Source: Prevotella sp.
GTDB taxonomy: Bacteria; Bacteroidota; Bacteroidia; Bacteroidales; Dysgonomonadaceae
Assembly (NCBI GenBank): GCA_031285625.1
Contig: JAITVV010000051.1
Coordinates: forward strand, 1 to 50,459
Length of the DNA stretch: 50,459 bases
Reading direction: 5' to 3'
Position numbers and translations under genes: made by a program. The notes beneath the pieces are model-generated. The model searched no databases, had not been told where the DNA came from, and saw nothing but the letters and a program-made list of their open reading frames with translations. Shown here in pieces: positions 20,307 to 31,010 of the stretch. Numbering within the stretch: position 1 is the stretch's first letter; the number at the start of each line of letters is the position of its first letter.

Positions 20307-22661
20307 CTATCTGCCAAATCGCGAAGTATCAACTTCATCTACTTTCGGCTTCTTGTAATTACCAAACCGGTAGGTAAATGATAGTTTGAACGATGGTGCG
20401 TTTGGTTTTATTTTCATTGTACTATATTGGGTCATATAATCTATTTTAGTTGTAGCCCCATTGCTTTTGAAAATATCCTGTACCTGAGCCATCAATTCAG
20501 CTTTATTGTCGAGGAAAGTCCATTTGGCTCCACTGGTTACATTCCACATTTTCTTTATGTCATAGATGCCTTGTAAGGCTCCTGACATATAGAATCCGGA
20601 AACATCAAGTTTAATATTCGGCTTGGAAGATATATTGAACGTATTGCGTATTTGTGCTACAAATGCATTCATACTACGTTTGTAGGGTACATCATAAAAT
20701 TTATCGTCTTTTTCTTCCTGCCTCAGCAGGTTTATAGTAGCTTTTGTATCCCATACTTTATCTATAGTGAAAGGTATGACAAAGAATATCCCGTATTGCT
20801 TCTCATAGTTAAGATTCACCATCTGGAAAATGTTTTCAAGATTATTCTGAGACTGGTATGGCAGTTGAATAAAACGATCAGGAGTGTATTCGTAGTAGCT
20901 TCCAATAATGTATTTCTGTTTTAGTATTACATTTAGCTGGGTTTTATACTCTTTCGAGAATTTCAGTTCGGGGTTGCCTTCTGCTGATGAATAGGCATTT
21001 ATTTTAAAGCGGTCGTTGCTTAACGCCCAGTATGGAGGATAGTTTATATCCGATGAGAATGATAACTGAAATATCAATTGTGGATTTTGTGTATATGTTA
21101 TGTTTGCATTCACAAAAGGTTGGAAATCATTCCATAGCGTTTTTTTATTGCCCATAATATCTATTGCTGCCTGGAAGTAATTACCCGAGATAGAGGCCTG
21201 TACGGATAGCTTTTCTCCGAATGACTTTGTAAATCCGGCAAATATTGAGGCGTTATATTCTTTTTGCTTTGTATCGTTTATTGAGTCAACAATTGTATTC
21301 TCAGGGTTTTTATAATAGTCATAACTGTTATTATTTTTTGAGTAGGAGAAGTTTCCTCCATAATTGAGGCTCCAGTCATTCTTGAGTGTAGCCGTATGAT
21401 TGATAAAAGCTACTATTTTATTTACACGTTGAGCAGTTTCTGTTTTAAAAGCGGTCTTTAATGTATTGTTATCTTCATAATATTTAGTAGTGGACGGGTC
21501 ATTATAGAATGTATAATCCATACCTATATTTAGTTTTTTATGAGAATTAAACTCAGCCTTGATATTATGTAGATAAGTATTACCTTTTACATCGTCTTTA
21601 GAGTCTATATTGGTAAAAGGTTTTTTATCTTCCAGAAAAACAGTTTTTGAAGTATGGTTTGTATTATACTTATCAAAATCTCCTGTGTAGACAAGTCTGA
21701 TTTTATCTTCATTCTTAAGATTGTATCCCAATCCCAATCTTGTATTTAACCCTTTCAGATCTGACCTTGAATTATTCGCTTGAGTTATATCATAGGCATG
21801 ATTATTAAACTGATGTATTGCATACATATCGCTAAGTCCCCAGCCATTCGATTTATTCAGGCCTATATTGAAGTCAATATTGAAATTCGGTTTAGTATAT
21901 AATAAACTACCTCTGGCTCCAAACCCTTCATAATGGGCTTGCCTATATTCTATATTACCTTCTCCCTGCAACGTTGGCATATCTGCAGTCTGATCTTTCA
22001 GTATTATGTTAATAGCAGCTCCCCGCACATTGTATTGAGGAGGTGCACTATACATTATTTCTATATTGGCGACACGCGAAGCAGGCATCGATTTCAACAG
22101 GCTTATGACTTGCTCTTTGCTCATACTGGTTTGTTGACCATTAATCAGAATAGTATAACCAGATGTTCCTACCAGGCTTATGTTATCATCTGCACCAATA
22201 ACATTTGGTACATTTTGCAGTGTTTCAAATGCATTCGAAACAGCCTTGTTTTGTACTAGCTGTGGAATATCATAAATGAGTTTTCCTCTTTCCGATTTTA
22301 CTATTGGACGCTCACCACTAACTACAATCTCGTTCAACTCTTTATTTAAAGAAAGAAGTACGTAGGGTGGAATATCCAGGTTAGCATTCTCGATTATAAC
22401 CGAATGCTCTTCTTTTTCATATGCCATATGTTGAAGTACTAATCTGTATTTTCCGGAAGGTACCTCCTTAAACTCAAAAGCTCCATTTGAATCCGTGATA
22501 GTGGTTTTTATCCATAAACTATCATTCATATTTTTCAGGATGCAGATAACGGCTTCTACTGTTTGATTGGACTCATTTGTTGTTGTACCTTGTAAAGAGT
22601 AAACTTGCGCATTAAGTATTGATGCAATTCCAAACATTAAGGATAGTAAAAATAGTTTCAT
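20307..22661 (-). CDS. Outer-membrane beta-barrel / TonB-dependent receptor-like protein with N-terminal carboxypeptidase-regulatory-like domain
   Basis: Signal peptide from ATG 22661, TDSNGAF, LNEIVVSG, plug-like IEIMYSAPPQY, GNPELK, C-terminal FTYRFG. Confidence 0.85.
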   Translation of the reverse strand: MKLFLLSLMFGIASILNAQVYSLQGTTTNESNQTVEAVICILKNMNDSLWIKTTITDSNGAFEFKEVPSGKYRLVLQHMAYEKEEHSVIIENANLDIPPYVLLSLNKELNEIVVSGERPIVKSERGKLIYDIPQLVQNKAVSNAFETLQNVPNVIGADDNISLVGTSGYTILINGQQTSMSKEQVISLLKSMPASRVANIEIMYSAPPQYNVRGAAINIILKDQTADMPTLQGEGNIEYRQAHYEGFGARGSLLYTKPNFNIDFNIGLNKSNGWGLSDMYAIHQFNNHAYDITQANNSRSDLKGLNTRLGLGYNLKNEDKIRLVYTGDFDKYNTNHTSKTVFLEDKKPFTNIDSKDDVKGNTYLHNIKAEFNSHKKLNIGMDYTFYNDPSTTKYYEDNNTLKTAFKTETAQRVNKIVAFINHTATLKNDWSLNYGGNFSYSKNNNSYDYYKNPENTIVDSINDTKQKEYNASIFAGFTKSFGEKLSVQASISGNYFQAAIDIMGNKKTLWNDFQPFVNANITYTQNPQLIFQLSFSSDINYPPYWALSNDRFKINAYSSAEGNPELKFSKEYKTQLNVILKQKYIIGSYYEYTPDRFIQLPYQSQNNLENIFQMVNLNYEKQYGIFFVIPFTIDKVWDTKATINLLRQEEKDDKFYDVPYKRSMNAFVAQIRNTFNISSKPNIKLDVSGFYMSGALQGIYDIKKMWNVTSGAKWTFLDNKAELMAQVQDIFKSNGATTKIDYMTQYSTMKIKPNAPSFKLSFTYRFGNYKKPKVDEVDTSRFGR

Positions 22662-22869
22662 AGTTCTTATTATTGGTTTTATATCACAAAAGTAGAATTG
22701 CAAAACTGGAAACTATGTTTCCATTTTGCTATTTAGTGTTATCTAGTGTTATCAGAAAAATATTTGGTTTTTAATTTAATTATTACCTTTGAGCAATGAG
22801 TTTTGAATTGGAAATATGTAAAGATAGTACTTTTACTAAAATTTAGTAATACCACTTAATAAAAAAATA

Positions 22870-23943
22870 ATGCCAAATTCATTTAAAAGCAGAGTATCCA
22901 GGTTTTGGGAATCTTTTTCGGAAGAAGAAGGTCAGATCAGAGAGATGATGGATAATAAGGTTGAAGGAGAAACTCTTCTCAATTTTGTTGATAGTATATT
23001 ACAGATAGCCTTTACTAAGATATATTTCGAAATGGGAATAAACAATGAGGGTAAATATGAACTTATTCTTACTCCTGAAGGCGACCGGGTTCGTTTGATG
23101 CAGTTGCACTATTGGTTGCAATATGCACCACAACACCTTTGGAAAAAGTGGAATTTTTACTCCACTAAACCTCCTCATGGAAAGCCTGGTTCAACCATAA
23201 CTATGTATGATATCAGACTGGAGGAAAACGATATTTTTATTTATCCGGAAATTGATAATGATAGAAGTAAAGTCAATATTGAAATTTACTCGCCTAAGCT
23301 GATGGGGCTTGATGAAAGTAAAAGGTATTCAATGTTTTTTATCTATCTGGACCAATTTATAGGTGAGCTATATACAATGGAATACATTGGCTATATTGAT
23401 TTTGTTGAGGATAAACTAGATAAAGGATCAACACTGATTTCTGAATTAAAATCAATTATTGATAGTACTATTGAAAACAACAGTTGGCCAAAGTTTGAGA
23501 ATCCATGCGAGATTTACAGCGGATATCGCATGGAACCAAATGAAAAAGAAGGTTGGAAGTTACGTGAAGATATATTTTCCGGTTATACATCTTGTACTCC
23601 TATATTAAATGAGTATTATAATGGAAAATTGGAGCATTTTGATGATGCTAAAGAAAACGGGGTTCGGTTCGGTTTTTTATTCTTTGAGAATATAAATGTA
23701 CCCAAGGAAAATATTGTGAATTTCAGAGGTAATATTGAAGATAAAATAATGGAAGAGATAGCTGCATATGGTATAGCAAATAGTTTGGGTGGTGCAACTG
23801 GGTTTCATTTCTCATATATTGATTTTATTATTTATGATTATGAAGCATTTATCAAAACTGTAAAGAATGTTTTTACCGGATATAACTTTGAAGAGGCTGG
23901 CTACTCTGACTTTTCTGTTAAATCTGAACCTATCGTTTTTTAA
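22870..23943 (+). CDS. Hypothetical acidic protein
   Basis: 357-aa ORF with a TACCTTTG -7 box upstream (22784-22791); no recognised catalytic motif. Confidence 0.75.
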   Translation: MPNSFKSRVSRFWESFSEEEGQIREMMDNKVEGETLLNFVDSILQIAFTKIYFEMGINNEGKYELILTPEGDRVRLMQLHYWLQYAPQHLWKKWNFYSTKPPHGKPGSTITMYDIRLEENDIFIYPEIDNDRSKVNIEIYSPKLMGLDESKRYSMFFIYLDQFIGELYTMEYIGYIDFVEDKLDKGSTLISELKSIIDSTIENNSWPKFENPCEIYSGYRMEPNEKEGWKLREDIFSGYTSCTPILNEYYNGKLEHFDDAKENGVRFGFLFFENINVPKENIVNFRGNIEDKIMEEIAAYGIANSLGGATGFHFSYIDFIIYDYEAFIKTVKNVFTGYNFEEAGYSDFSVKSEPIVF

Positions 23944-24151
23944 GTTGGGAGATATAAAGTCTTTTAGAGTTATGATTTCACAGCTTTTTTACTGATTTTC
24001 AACCCTACTAAAAACGTTAACAAACACTTTCCAGATAATTTTATTCTGGTATTTGAAACAAAATGACTACTTTTGCCGTTCAAAAGAGAACAAATATTCT
24101 GGTCTGTAAAGAATGTGGCACTGGAATATTATATAAGCCTTAATATATTAT

Positions 24152-26488
24152 ATGCAAAAAAATTTAGTTATTGTAGAGTCTCCAGCCAAAGCCAAGACTA
24201 TAGAAAAATTTTTGGGGAAAGATTTTAAAGTAATGTCTAGTTATGGACATATCAGAGACCTGAAAAAGAAGGATTTGGGTATTGATCTGGAAAACGATTA
24301 TACACCAATATATGAAGTTCCTGCTGACAAAAAGAAAGTAGTAGATGAACTTAAAAAAGCGGCAAAGGAAGCAGAAACGGTGTGGTTGGCTTCCGATGAA
24401 GACCGTGAGGGGGAAGCCATTTCCTGGCATTTATACAAAACACTAAAGCTTGACGAAAAGAAAACTAAAAGAATCGCTTTCCATGAAATTACTAAGGACG
24501 CGATTCTTCATGCTATAGATAACCCTCGTAAAATTGATGAAAATCTGGTAGATGCGCAGCAGGCCCGACGGGTTTTAGACCGTATTGTCGGGTTCGAACT
24601 ATCGCCTGTACTCTGGCGAAAAGTAAAACCGGCTTTATCTGCTGGACGTGTACAATCTGTTGCAGTAAGGCTGATCGTAGAACGTGAGCGTGAGATACAA
24701 GCATTTAAGTCAGAGGCCTCTTATAGAGTAACAGCTATATTTATAAAAGAAGAAAATGGCGTTCGCTCCGAAATCAAAACTGAGTTGAACAAACGTTTGA
24801 AAACGAAGAAGGAAGCCTTGGAATTTCTTGAGAAGCTAAAGGAGGCAAACTTTAAGGTAGAAGATGTTGAAACCAAGCCTGTGAAAAAATCGCCGGCTGC
24901 ACCATTTACAACCTCTACACTTCAACAAGAAGCATCGCGTAAGCTTGGTTTTCCTGTTTCGATGACGATGATGGTTGCACAGAAACTATATGAGTCCGGA
25001 AAGATTACTTATATGCGTACCGACTCTGTGAACTTGTCAGGTCTGGCTATAAATACGACTAAGAACGAAATAGAAAGTGTATATGGAAAACAGTATTCCA
25101 AAGTACGCCAGTTTTCGACAAAAAGTAAAGGAGCACAGGAAGCGCATGAGGCTATCCGTCCTACATATATAAACGAACATACAGTTTCGGGTACAGCTCA
25201 GGAAAAGAAACTATATGATTTGATCTGGAAAAGAACTATTGCATCACAAATGGCTGATGCTGAATTGGAAAAGACGACCATAACAGTTGGAATCTCAAAT
25301 AACGAAGGTCTTAAATTTACGGCTGTAGGTGAGGTCATTAAATTTGATGGTTTCCTACATGTGTATCTCGAAGGAACTGATGATGAAAATGTAGATAGCG
25401 AAACAAGCCTGCTCCCTGCTGTAAAAGCTCAGGAAGCTTTGAATATGAAAGAGAGTACAGCTACCGAACGGTTTACTCAACGTCCGAGCCGCTATAGTGA
25501 GGCCGCATTGGTACGCAAACTGGAGGAACTGGGCATTGGACGTCCATCTACATATGCTCCTACTATCTCTACAATCCAGAATCGTGAGTATATAGAGAAA
25601 TCTAATATAGAAGGAACTGAACGCCGATATAATATATTGACCCTAAAGAAGGGACAAATAGCAGATACTGAGAAAACTGAAATAACAGGAACTGATAAAG
25701 GAAAACTTATACCAACTGATACAGGTATGGTCGTAAATGATTTTCTTACAGAATATTTTCCTGGTATATTGGATTATAACTTTACTGCAAATGTAGAGAA
25801 AGAGTTTGACCAGGTCGCAGAGGGTGAAGAGAACTGGACAAAACTGATTGATAAGTTTTATAAAGTCTTTCATCCAGTAGTCGAATCTGCTACAAATATG
25901 CAGACCGACCATAAGATTGGTGAACGCATCTTAGGTACAGATCCAAAGTCTGGCCGTCAGGTTTCTGTCAAGATAGGCCGTTTTGGTCCTATGGTGCAAA
26001 TCGGCACGCAAGAAGAAGAAGAGAAACCTCAGTTTGCCGGATTGCAGAAAACCCAATCAATTGCAACGATTACTCTTGATGAAGCACTTAAACTATTTGA
26101 ACTACCCCGTTCTATAGGAGAGTTTGAAGGAAAAGATGTAAGTGTAGGTGCAGGCCGCTTTGGTCCTTATATCAAACATGACGGAAAATTCATATCTTTA
26201 CCGAAAGGATATGATCCATATGGTGTGAATATTGAAGATGCAATTCCTCTGATAGAAGAGAAACGTAAAAAAGACGCGGAGAAAGTAATTAAAATTTTCA
26301 CTGAAGATGCGGATCTACAAATATTAAATGGAAGATATGGGCCTTACATTGCTTATAAAAAAGCAAACTATAAGATACCAAAAGGGACAACGCCTGAGGA
26401 GCTTAGTTTCGAAGCAGCAATGAAAATTGTAGAGGCAACAGATGCCAAGCCTGCCGCGAAGGCAAAAGGAAGATCTAAGAAAAAGTAA
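24152..26488 (+). CDS. topA: DNA topoisomerase I
   Basis: IVESPAKAKTI, DEDREGE, SAGRVQS and ITYMRTDS motifs; C-terminal GRFGP repeats. Confidence 0.98.
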   Translation: MQKNLVIVESPAKAKTIEKFLGKDFKVMSSYGHIRDLKKKDLGIDLENDYTPIYEVPADKKKVVDELKKAAKEAETVWLASDEDREGEAISWHLYKTLKLDEKKTKRIAFHEITKDAILHAIDNPRKIDENLVDAQQARRVLDRIVGFELSPVLWRKVKPALSAGRVQSVAVRLIVEREREIQAFKSEASYRVTAIFIKEENGVRSEIKTELNKRLKTKKEALEFLEKLKEANFKVEDVETKPVKKSPAAPFTTSTLQQEASRKLGFPVSMTMMVAQKLYESGKITYMRTDSVNLSGLAINTTKNEIESVYGKQYSKVRQFSTKSKGAQEAHEAIRPTYINEHTVSGTAQEKKLYDLIWKRTIASQMADAELEKTTITVGISNNEGLKFTAVGEVIKFDGFLHVYLEGTDDENVDSETSLLPAVKAQEALNMKESTATERFTQRPSRYSEAALVRKLEELGIGRPSTYAPTISTIQNREYIEKSNIEGTERRYNILTLKKGQIADTEKTEITGTDKGKLIPTDTGMVVNDFLTEYFPGILDYNFTANVEKEFDQVAEGEENWTKLIDKFYKVFHPVVESATNMQTDHKIGERILGTDPKSGRQVSVKIGRFGPMVQIGTQEEEEKPQFAGLQKTQSIATITLDEALKLFELPRSIGEFEGKDVSVGAGRFGPYIKHDGKFISLPKGYDPYGVNIEDAIPLIEEKRKKDAEKVIKIFTEDADLQILNGRYGPYIAYKKANYKIPKGTTPEELSFEAAMKIVEATDAKPAAKAKGRSKKK

Positions 26489-26521
26489 ACTCTTTTTCTT
26501 AAAAAACTTATATCCAACTGA

Positions 26522-27901
26522 ATGAATACAATTTTGAGAAAAATATTCGGATATAGAGGGCTTAAAATAATAGTTCCTTTGTTAGATCTCATTATAATAT
26601 ATATGACATATATGTTAGCGTTTTATATATTAAAAGATGATCTGGATAATTTTACTATAAATTATAATGCATTTTGGGCTACCTTGCCTTTTATTATTAT
26701 AGCATATCTCGTATTAAGCCATATATTTGAGCTGGATAAGCCTAAGGATTTTTCTTTCTTTGGTATTGGTTATACAGTTTCTCTGGCAATTATATCTTTA
26801 TTGTTCTGTACGATGGCAATTAGTTTCCTTGTCAGAGAGTTTGCCTTTCCCAGAAGTATTTTACTTATTGCTTCGGCTGCTCAGATTGTAGGGGTTACAC
26901 TCTGGCATTTATTTGCTAATCGAATGTTCTTTCGTTTGCATAAAGGGCGGTCAGTCCTAGTTATCGGATATGAAAAATCACAGCCCCTCGCCTATAAATT
27001 ATTAGAGTCGAAAGGTATGTGGTCTAATCTAAAACATGTCTGTTCCCCTGATCATCCAAATGTGTATAACTATATAAATGAATGTGATGTGACATTCCTT
27101 ACAGAGGATATTACAGAAGATCAGAAGCAGACTCTGGTTCTTTATTGTATAGAAGGTAACAGGACAGTATTATATCAGCCTAAAAATTCAGAGATATTAC
27201 AATTTAATGCAAATTTTCTTCAGATTGATGATTCTCCGGTTCTTGATGTCAGGGAATTAGGTTTGGGGCAAAGTAATGAATTTTTAAAGCGTGTTACTGA
27301 TGTTATATTAGGCAGTTTGGCTTTAATTATCTTTGCCATTCCTCTTGTTATTGTTTATTTGATGCTGAAAATTGGTGGAGGATCAGCTTTTTATGTTCAG
27401 GAACGGATCACACGTGATAATAGGATATTTAAGATATATAAATTCAGGACAATGGTAGAAAATGCTGAAGCTATGTCTGGTCCTGTTCTAGCTCAGGAGA
27501 CTGATAAAAGAATAACAAAATTGGGACACATTCTTCGTGCAACCCGCCTGGATGAAATACCACAGATATATAATATTCTGGTAGGAGATATGAGCATTGT
27601 TGGACCCCGCCCTGAACGTCCGTTTTTTGTCGGACAGTTTTGTGAAGAGATGCCCGAATATAATTTGAGGCATAGAGTAAAAGCGGGTTTGACTGGTTTA
27701 GCTCAGGTACAGGGCAAATATAATACATCAGTAAGAGATAAACTGAAATATGACCTTTTGTATATTAATGGTTATTCATATGCTCTTGATATCAAACTTA
27801 TCATGCAGACTTTGAATATATTGTTAAGAAAGAGTAGTACAGAGGGGGTTAAAACTGTAACAGAACTAGAGAAAGAAGTCGAGGACTTAACCCGACGATA
27901 A
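26522..27901 (+). CDS. Polyprenyl-phosphate glycosylphosphotransferase (priming sugar transferase)
   Basis: N-terminal TMs; KFRTM, RLDEIPQ, GDMSIVGPRPE and GLTGLAQV motifs. Confidence 0.92.
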   Translation: MNTILRKIFGYRGLKIIVPLLDLIIIYMTYMLAFYILKDDLDNFTINYNAFWATLPFIIIAYLVLSHIFELDKPKDFSFFGIGYTVSLAIISLLFCTMAISFLVREFAFPRSILLIASAAQIVGVTLWHLFANRMFFRLHKGRSVLVIGYEKSQPLAYKLLESKGMWSNLKHVCSPDHPNVYNYINECDVTFLTEDITEDQKQTLVLYCIEGNRTVLYQPKNSEILQFNANFLQIDDSPVLDVRELGLGQSNEFLKRVTDVILGSLALIIFAIPLVIVYLMLKIGGGSAFYVQERITRDNRIFKIYKFRTMVENAEAMSGPVLAQETDKRITKLGHILRATRLDEIPQIYNILVGDMSIVGPRPERPFFVGQFCEEMPEYNLRHRVKAGLTGLAQVQGKYNTSVRDKLKYDLLYINGYSYALDIKLIMQTLNILLRKSSTEGVKTVTELEKEVEDLTRR

Positions 27902-27912
27902 AAATATACGAT

Positions 27913-28461
27913 ATGATTGATTTTCAGAGTTTGATAACAAATCGTCGTAGTATTCGCAAATTCACAGATGAGCCGCTAAAGCCGGAACAAGTAGAGCTAA
28001 TACTTAAAGCAGCCTTGAAGTCTCCTTCTTCGAAGAGTAAAAATCCATGGCAATTTCTATTAGTAGAGGATAAAGGGATGCTTGAAAAATTATCTCTTTG
28101 CAAGGCGTCTGCCAGTAAACCGATTGCAGGTTGCGCTTTGGCTATAGTTGTTGTAGCTGACCCATTAACTAGTGATGTTTGGATTGAAGATGCATCGATT
28201 GCCTCTATTATGGTGCAATTGCAGGCGGAAGATTTGGGGCTTGGTAGCTGTTGGATTCAGGTGCGTGAGCGTTTTACAGAAGAGGGAATCCCATCAGGCG
28301 AATATATACGTGAATTATTGGATATTCCTATGCAATTGCAGGTTTTGTCTGTGATCGTACTTGGTAATAAGGCCCAGGAGCGTCCTCCTTTTGATGAAGA
28401 TAAGCTACAATGGGAGAAAATACATATTGAAAAGTTCAATTTGGATCAATTAAGTGAATAA
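27913..28461 (+). CDS. Nitroreductase family protein
   Basis: RRSIRKF, SPSSK..PWQF and GLGSCW motifs. Confidence 0.92.
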   Translation: MIDFQSLITNRRSIRKFTDEPLKPEQVELILKAALKSPSSKSKNPWQFLLVEDKGMLEKLSLCKASASKPIAGCALAIVVVADPLTSDVWIEDASIASIMVQLQAEDLGLGSCWIQVRERFTEEGIPSGEYIRELLDIPMQLQVLSVIVLGNKAQERPPFDEDKLQWEKIHIEKFNLDQLSE

Positions 28462-28462
28462 T

Positions 28463-28795
28463 ATGGCAGCTAGTAAGTCAAACGATCGTTTATCATATGG
28501 TATAACGATCCTAATTTTTGGAATTCTATTTCTACTGGATAAGACCGGGGTTTTATATAATATACCTTACGGAGAAAAACTGATCAGTGTTGGTTCATTC
28601 CTGTTAATAGCTGGGATCGTATTCCTTTGCACTCAGCCTAAGAAAATACTAGGATGGATCTTTTTAGGAGTGGGAGTACTCTTGAATGCTGATACATTCT
28701 TTGGCTGGATGAGTAGCTATTCTAACCTGATTGTTCCCGGACTATTGATTATAGCGGGGGTTGCATTAGTGCTGACAGCTAAAAAGAAAGACTAG
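28463..28795 (+). CDS. Four-TM membrane protein (LiaF/DUF5668-like)
   Basis: Repeated G..ILIFGILFLL / LLIIAG TM segments; ATG at 28463. Confidence 0.7.
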   Translation: MAASKSNDRLSYGITILIFGILFLLDKTGVLYNIPYGEKLISVGSFLLIAGIVFLCTQPKKILGWIFLGVGVLLNADTFFGWMSSYSNLIVPGLLIIAGVALVLTAKKKD

Positions 28796-28800
28796 AAGGC

Positions 28801-29571
28801 ATGAAGGTTGTTTTAATAGGAGCAGGTAATGTTGCTACACATTTGGCAACTGAATTATATCAGAAATCTTTTGATATAATTCAGGTTTATAGCCGGACTA
28901 TTGAATCTGCATCTGCTTTGGCCAAAGCGGTTCATGCTGTTCCTGTTACAGAAATATCAGCAATCATAAATGATGCTGATTTATATATCTTTTCGCTCAA
29001 GGATTCAGTTTTGGAAGAATTGATCTCTCAAGTGCCGGAGAACAAAGGTCTGTGGTTGCATACTGCCGGTAGTATGCCTATTGATATATTTAGCAAATAC
29101 ACATCTCATTATGGAGTGATATACCCATTTCAGACATTTAGTAAAAACAGAGATGTAAATTGGTCTGATATCCCTCTATTTATTGAGGCATCAGAACATA
29201 ATACCCTTATTCAATTAGAAGGGATTGCCAAACAGTTATCCGGTAAAGTATTGGAGTTATCTACAGATAAGAGGAAATACTTGCATTTGACCGGAGTATT
29301 TGCCTGCAATTTTACGAATCATATGTATGCATTGGCAGAACAGATTCTAAAAAAGATTGATTTGCCGTTTGAGGTTGCTCTTCCTCTTATTGACGAAACG
29401 GCGGCAAAGGTACATTCCTTAAGTCCTAAAGTTGCGCAGACAGGACCTGCTGTGCGTTATGATGAGAATGTGATAAATAAACACTTGTCCCTTATCGATA
29501 GTAAACAAGTAAAAGAAATATATAAACTGATCAGTGATGATATTCACCGTATTAGTGATGACGAAATATAA
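28801..29571 (+). CDS. Rossmann-like / DUF2520 oxidoreductase
   Basis: IGAGNVA, HTAGS, YPFQTF and QTGPAVR motifs. Confidence 0.9.
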   Translation: MKVVLIGAGNVATHLATELYQKSFDIIQVYSRTIESASALAKAVHAVPVTEISAIINDADLYIFSLKDSVLEELISQVPENKGLWLHTAGSMPIDIFSKYTSHYGVIYPFQTFSKNRDVNWSDIPLFIEASEHNTLIQLEGIAKQLSGKVLELSTDKRKYLHLTGVFACNFTNHMYALAEQILKKIDLPFEVALPLIDETAAKVHSLSPKVAQTGPAVRYDENVINKHLSLIDSKQVKEIYKLISDDIHRISDDEI

Positions 29572-29573
29572 TT

Positions 29574-30107
29574 ATGAGTACTATAAATTACGATTTGAGT
29601 AAAATTAAATCATTTATTTTTGATGTTGACGGTGTTTTATCTCCGGATTCAATACCTTTATCACCGGATGGAGCACCTATCCGTATGGTCAACATAAAAG
29701 ACGGTTATGCAATTAATCTTGCTGTACAGAATGGATATGGTGTTGCCATAATAACAGGTGCAGATACGGAAAATATACGTCTTCGTTTCTCTCGTCTTGG
29801 AGTAAAAGATATTTACCTGAAGTCTAAACCTAAGATGAAAGATTTACATGATTATATGGAAAGAACAGGATATAGCCCCGAAGAAATAATGTATGCCGGA
29901 GATGATCTTCCTGATTATCAGGTGATGAAAGCTGTTGGTCTGTCTGTAGCCCCTGCAAATGCTGTTGCTGAGATCAGAGGTGTTGCGAAATACATATCTC
30001 ATCGTAATGGTGGTGATGGAGTTGCTCGTGATGTCATAGAGCAGGTAATGAAAGCACAAGGTAAGTGGATGAATGATGAGGTATTAAATTCCACTTCTGT
30101 TTTTTAA
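29574..30107 (+). CDS. kdsC: KDO-8-phosphate phosphatase (HAD family)
   Basis: FDVDGVL, KDG, GDDLPD and GGDGVARDVIE motifs. Confidence 0.88.
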   Translation: MSTINYDLSKIKSFIFDVDGVLSPDSIPLSPDGAPIRMVNIKDGYAINLAVQNGYGVAIITGADTENIRLRFSRLGVKDIYLKSKPKMKDLHDYMERTGYSPEEIMYAGDDLPDYQVMKAVGLSVAPANAVAEIRGVAKYISHRNGGDGVARDVIEQVMKAQGKWMNDEVLNSTSVF

Positions 30108-30120
30108 AAATATAAAGAAA

Positions 30121-31002
30121 ATGCATAAATCAGGATTTGTAAATATAGTAGGAAACCCGAATGTAGGTAAATCAACTTTGATGAACCTATTAGTGGGGCA
30201 GAAGGTGTCTATTATTACTTCTAAGGCACAGACTACACGCCATCGCATATTAGGAATTGTTAATACCGAAGATTATCAGATAGTGTATTCCGATACACCG
30301 GGAGTACTTCGTCCTAACTATAAATTGCAAGAGTCAATGCTGAACTTTTCAGAATCTGCATTAAGTGATGCCGATGTGTTATTATATATGACTGATGTAA
30401 TTGAAAAAACTGATAAAAATGAAGATTTCCTGAAAAAAGTACAGCGTGTAGATGTTCCTGTTTTGCTTTTAATCAATAAAATAGATCAGAGCAATCAGAA
30501 GGAACTTGAAACGATGGTGGCTCAGTGGAAAGAGTTACTACCCAAGGCCGAAATATATCCAATATCTGCACTTAATAAGTTCAATGTAGATGTAGTAAAA
30601 AAACGTATTCTGGATTTAATTCCTGAATCACCTCCTTACTTCGAAAAAGATGCATTGACAGATCGTCCTGCCCGCTTCTTTGTGACAGAAATAATACGGG
30701 AAAAAATACTTCTCTATTATCAGAAGGAGATTCCATATGCAGTTGAAGTTATTGTCGAAGAATTTAAGGATGAGAAGGATATTATAAACATTAGAGCTCT
30801 TATTGTTGCAGAACGGGATACACAGAAGGGGATAATCATTGGACATAAAGGTGCGGCTTTGAAGAAGATGGCAACTATGGCCCGTAAAGATATTGAACGC
30901 TTTTTCGATAAAAAGATATTCCTTGAGATATATGTTAAGGTAGAAAAAGACTGGCGAAGCAGGGATAACCTACTCCGCCAATATGGATATCGTTTAGATT
31001 GA
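30121..31002 (+). CDS. era: GTPase Era
   Basis: GNPNVGKST, QTTR, DTPG and NKID motifs; KH domain IIIGHKG. Confidence 0.97.
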   Translation: MHKSGFVNIVGNPNVGKSTLMNLLVGQKVSIITSKAQTTRHRILGIVNTEDYQIVYSDTPGVLRPNYKLQESMLNFSESALSDADVLLYMTDVIEKTDKNEDFLKKVQRVDVPVLLLINKIDQSNQKELETMVAQWKELLPKAEIYPISALNKFNVDVVKKRILDLIPESPPYFEKDALTDRPARFFVTEIIREKILLYYQKEIPYAVEVIVEEFKDEKDIINIRALIVAERDTQKGIIIGHKGAALKKMATMARKDIERFFDKKIFLEIYVKVEKDWRSRDNLLRQYGYRLD

Positions 31003-31010
31003 GGTTATCC

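Noticed and set aside
22662-22703. N-terminal extension of the OMP ORF
   Set aside because: It overlaps the -7 promoter box; the signal peptide begins at ATG 22661.
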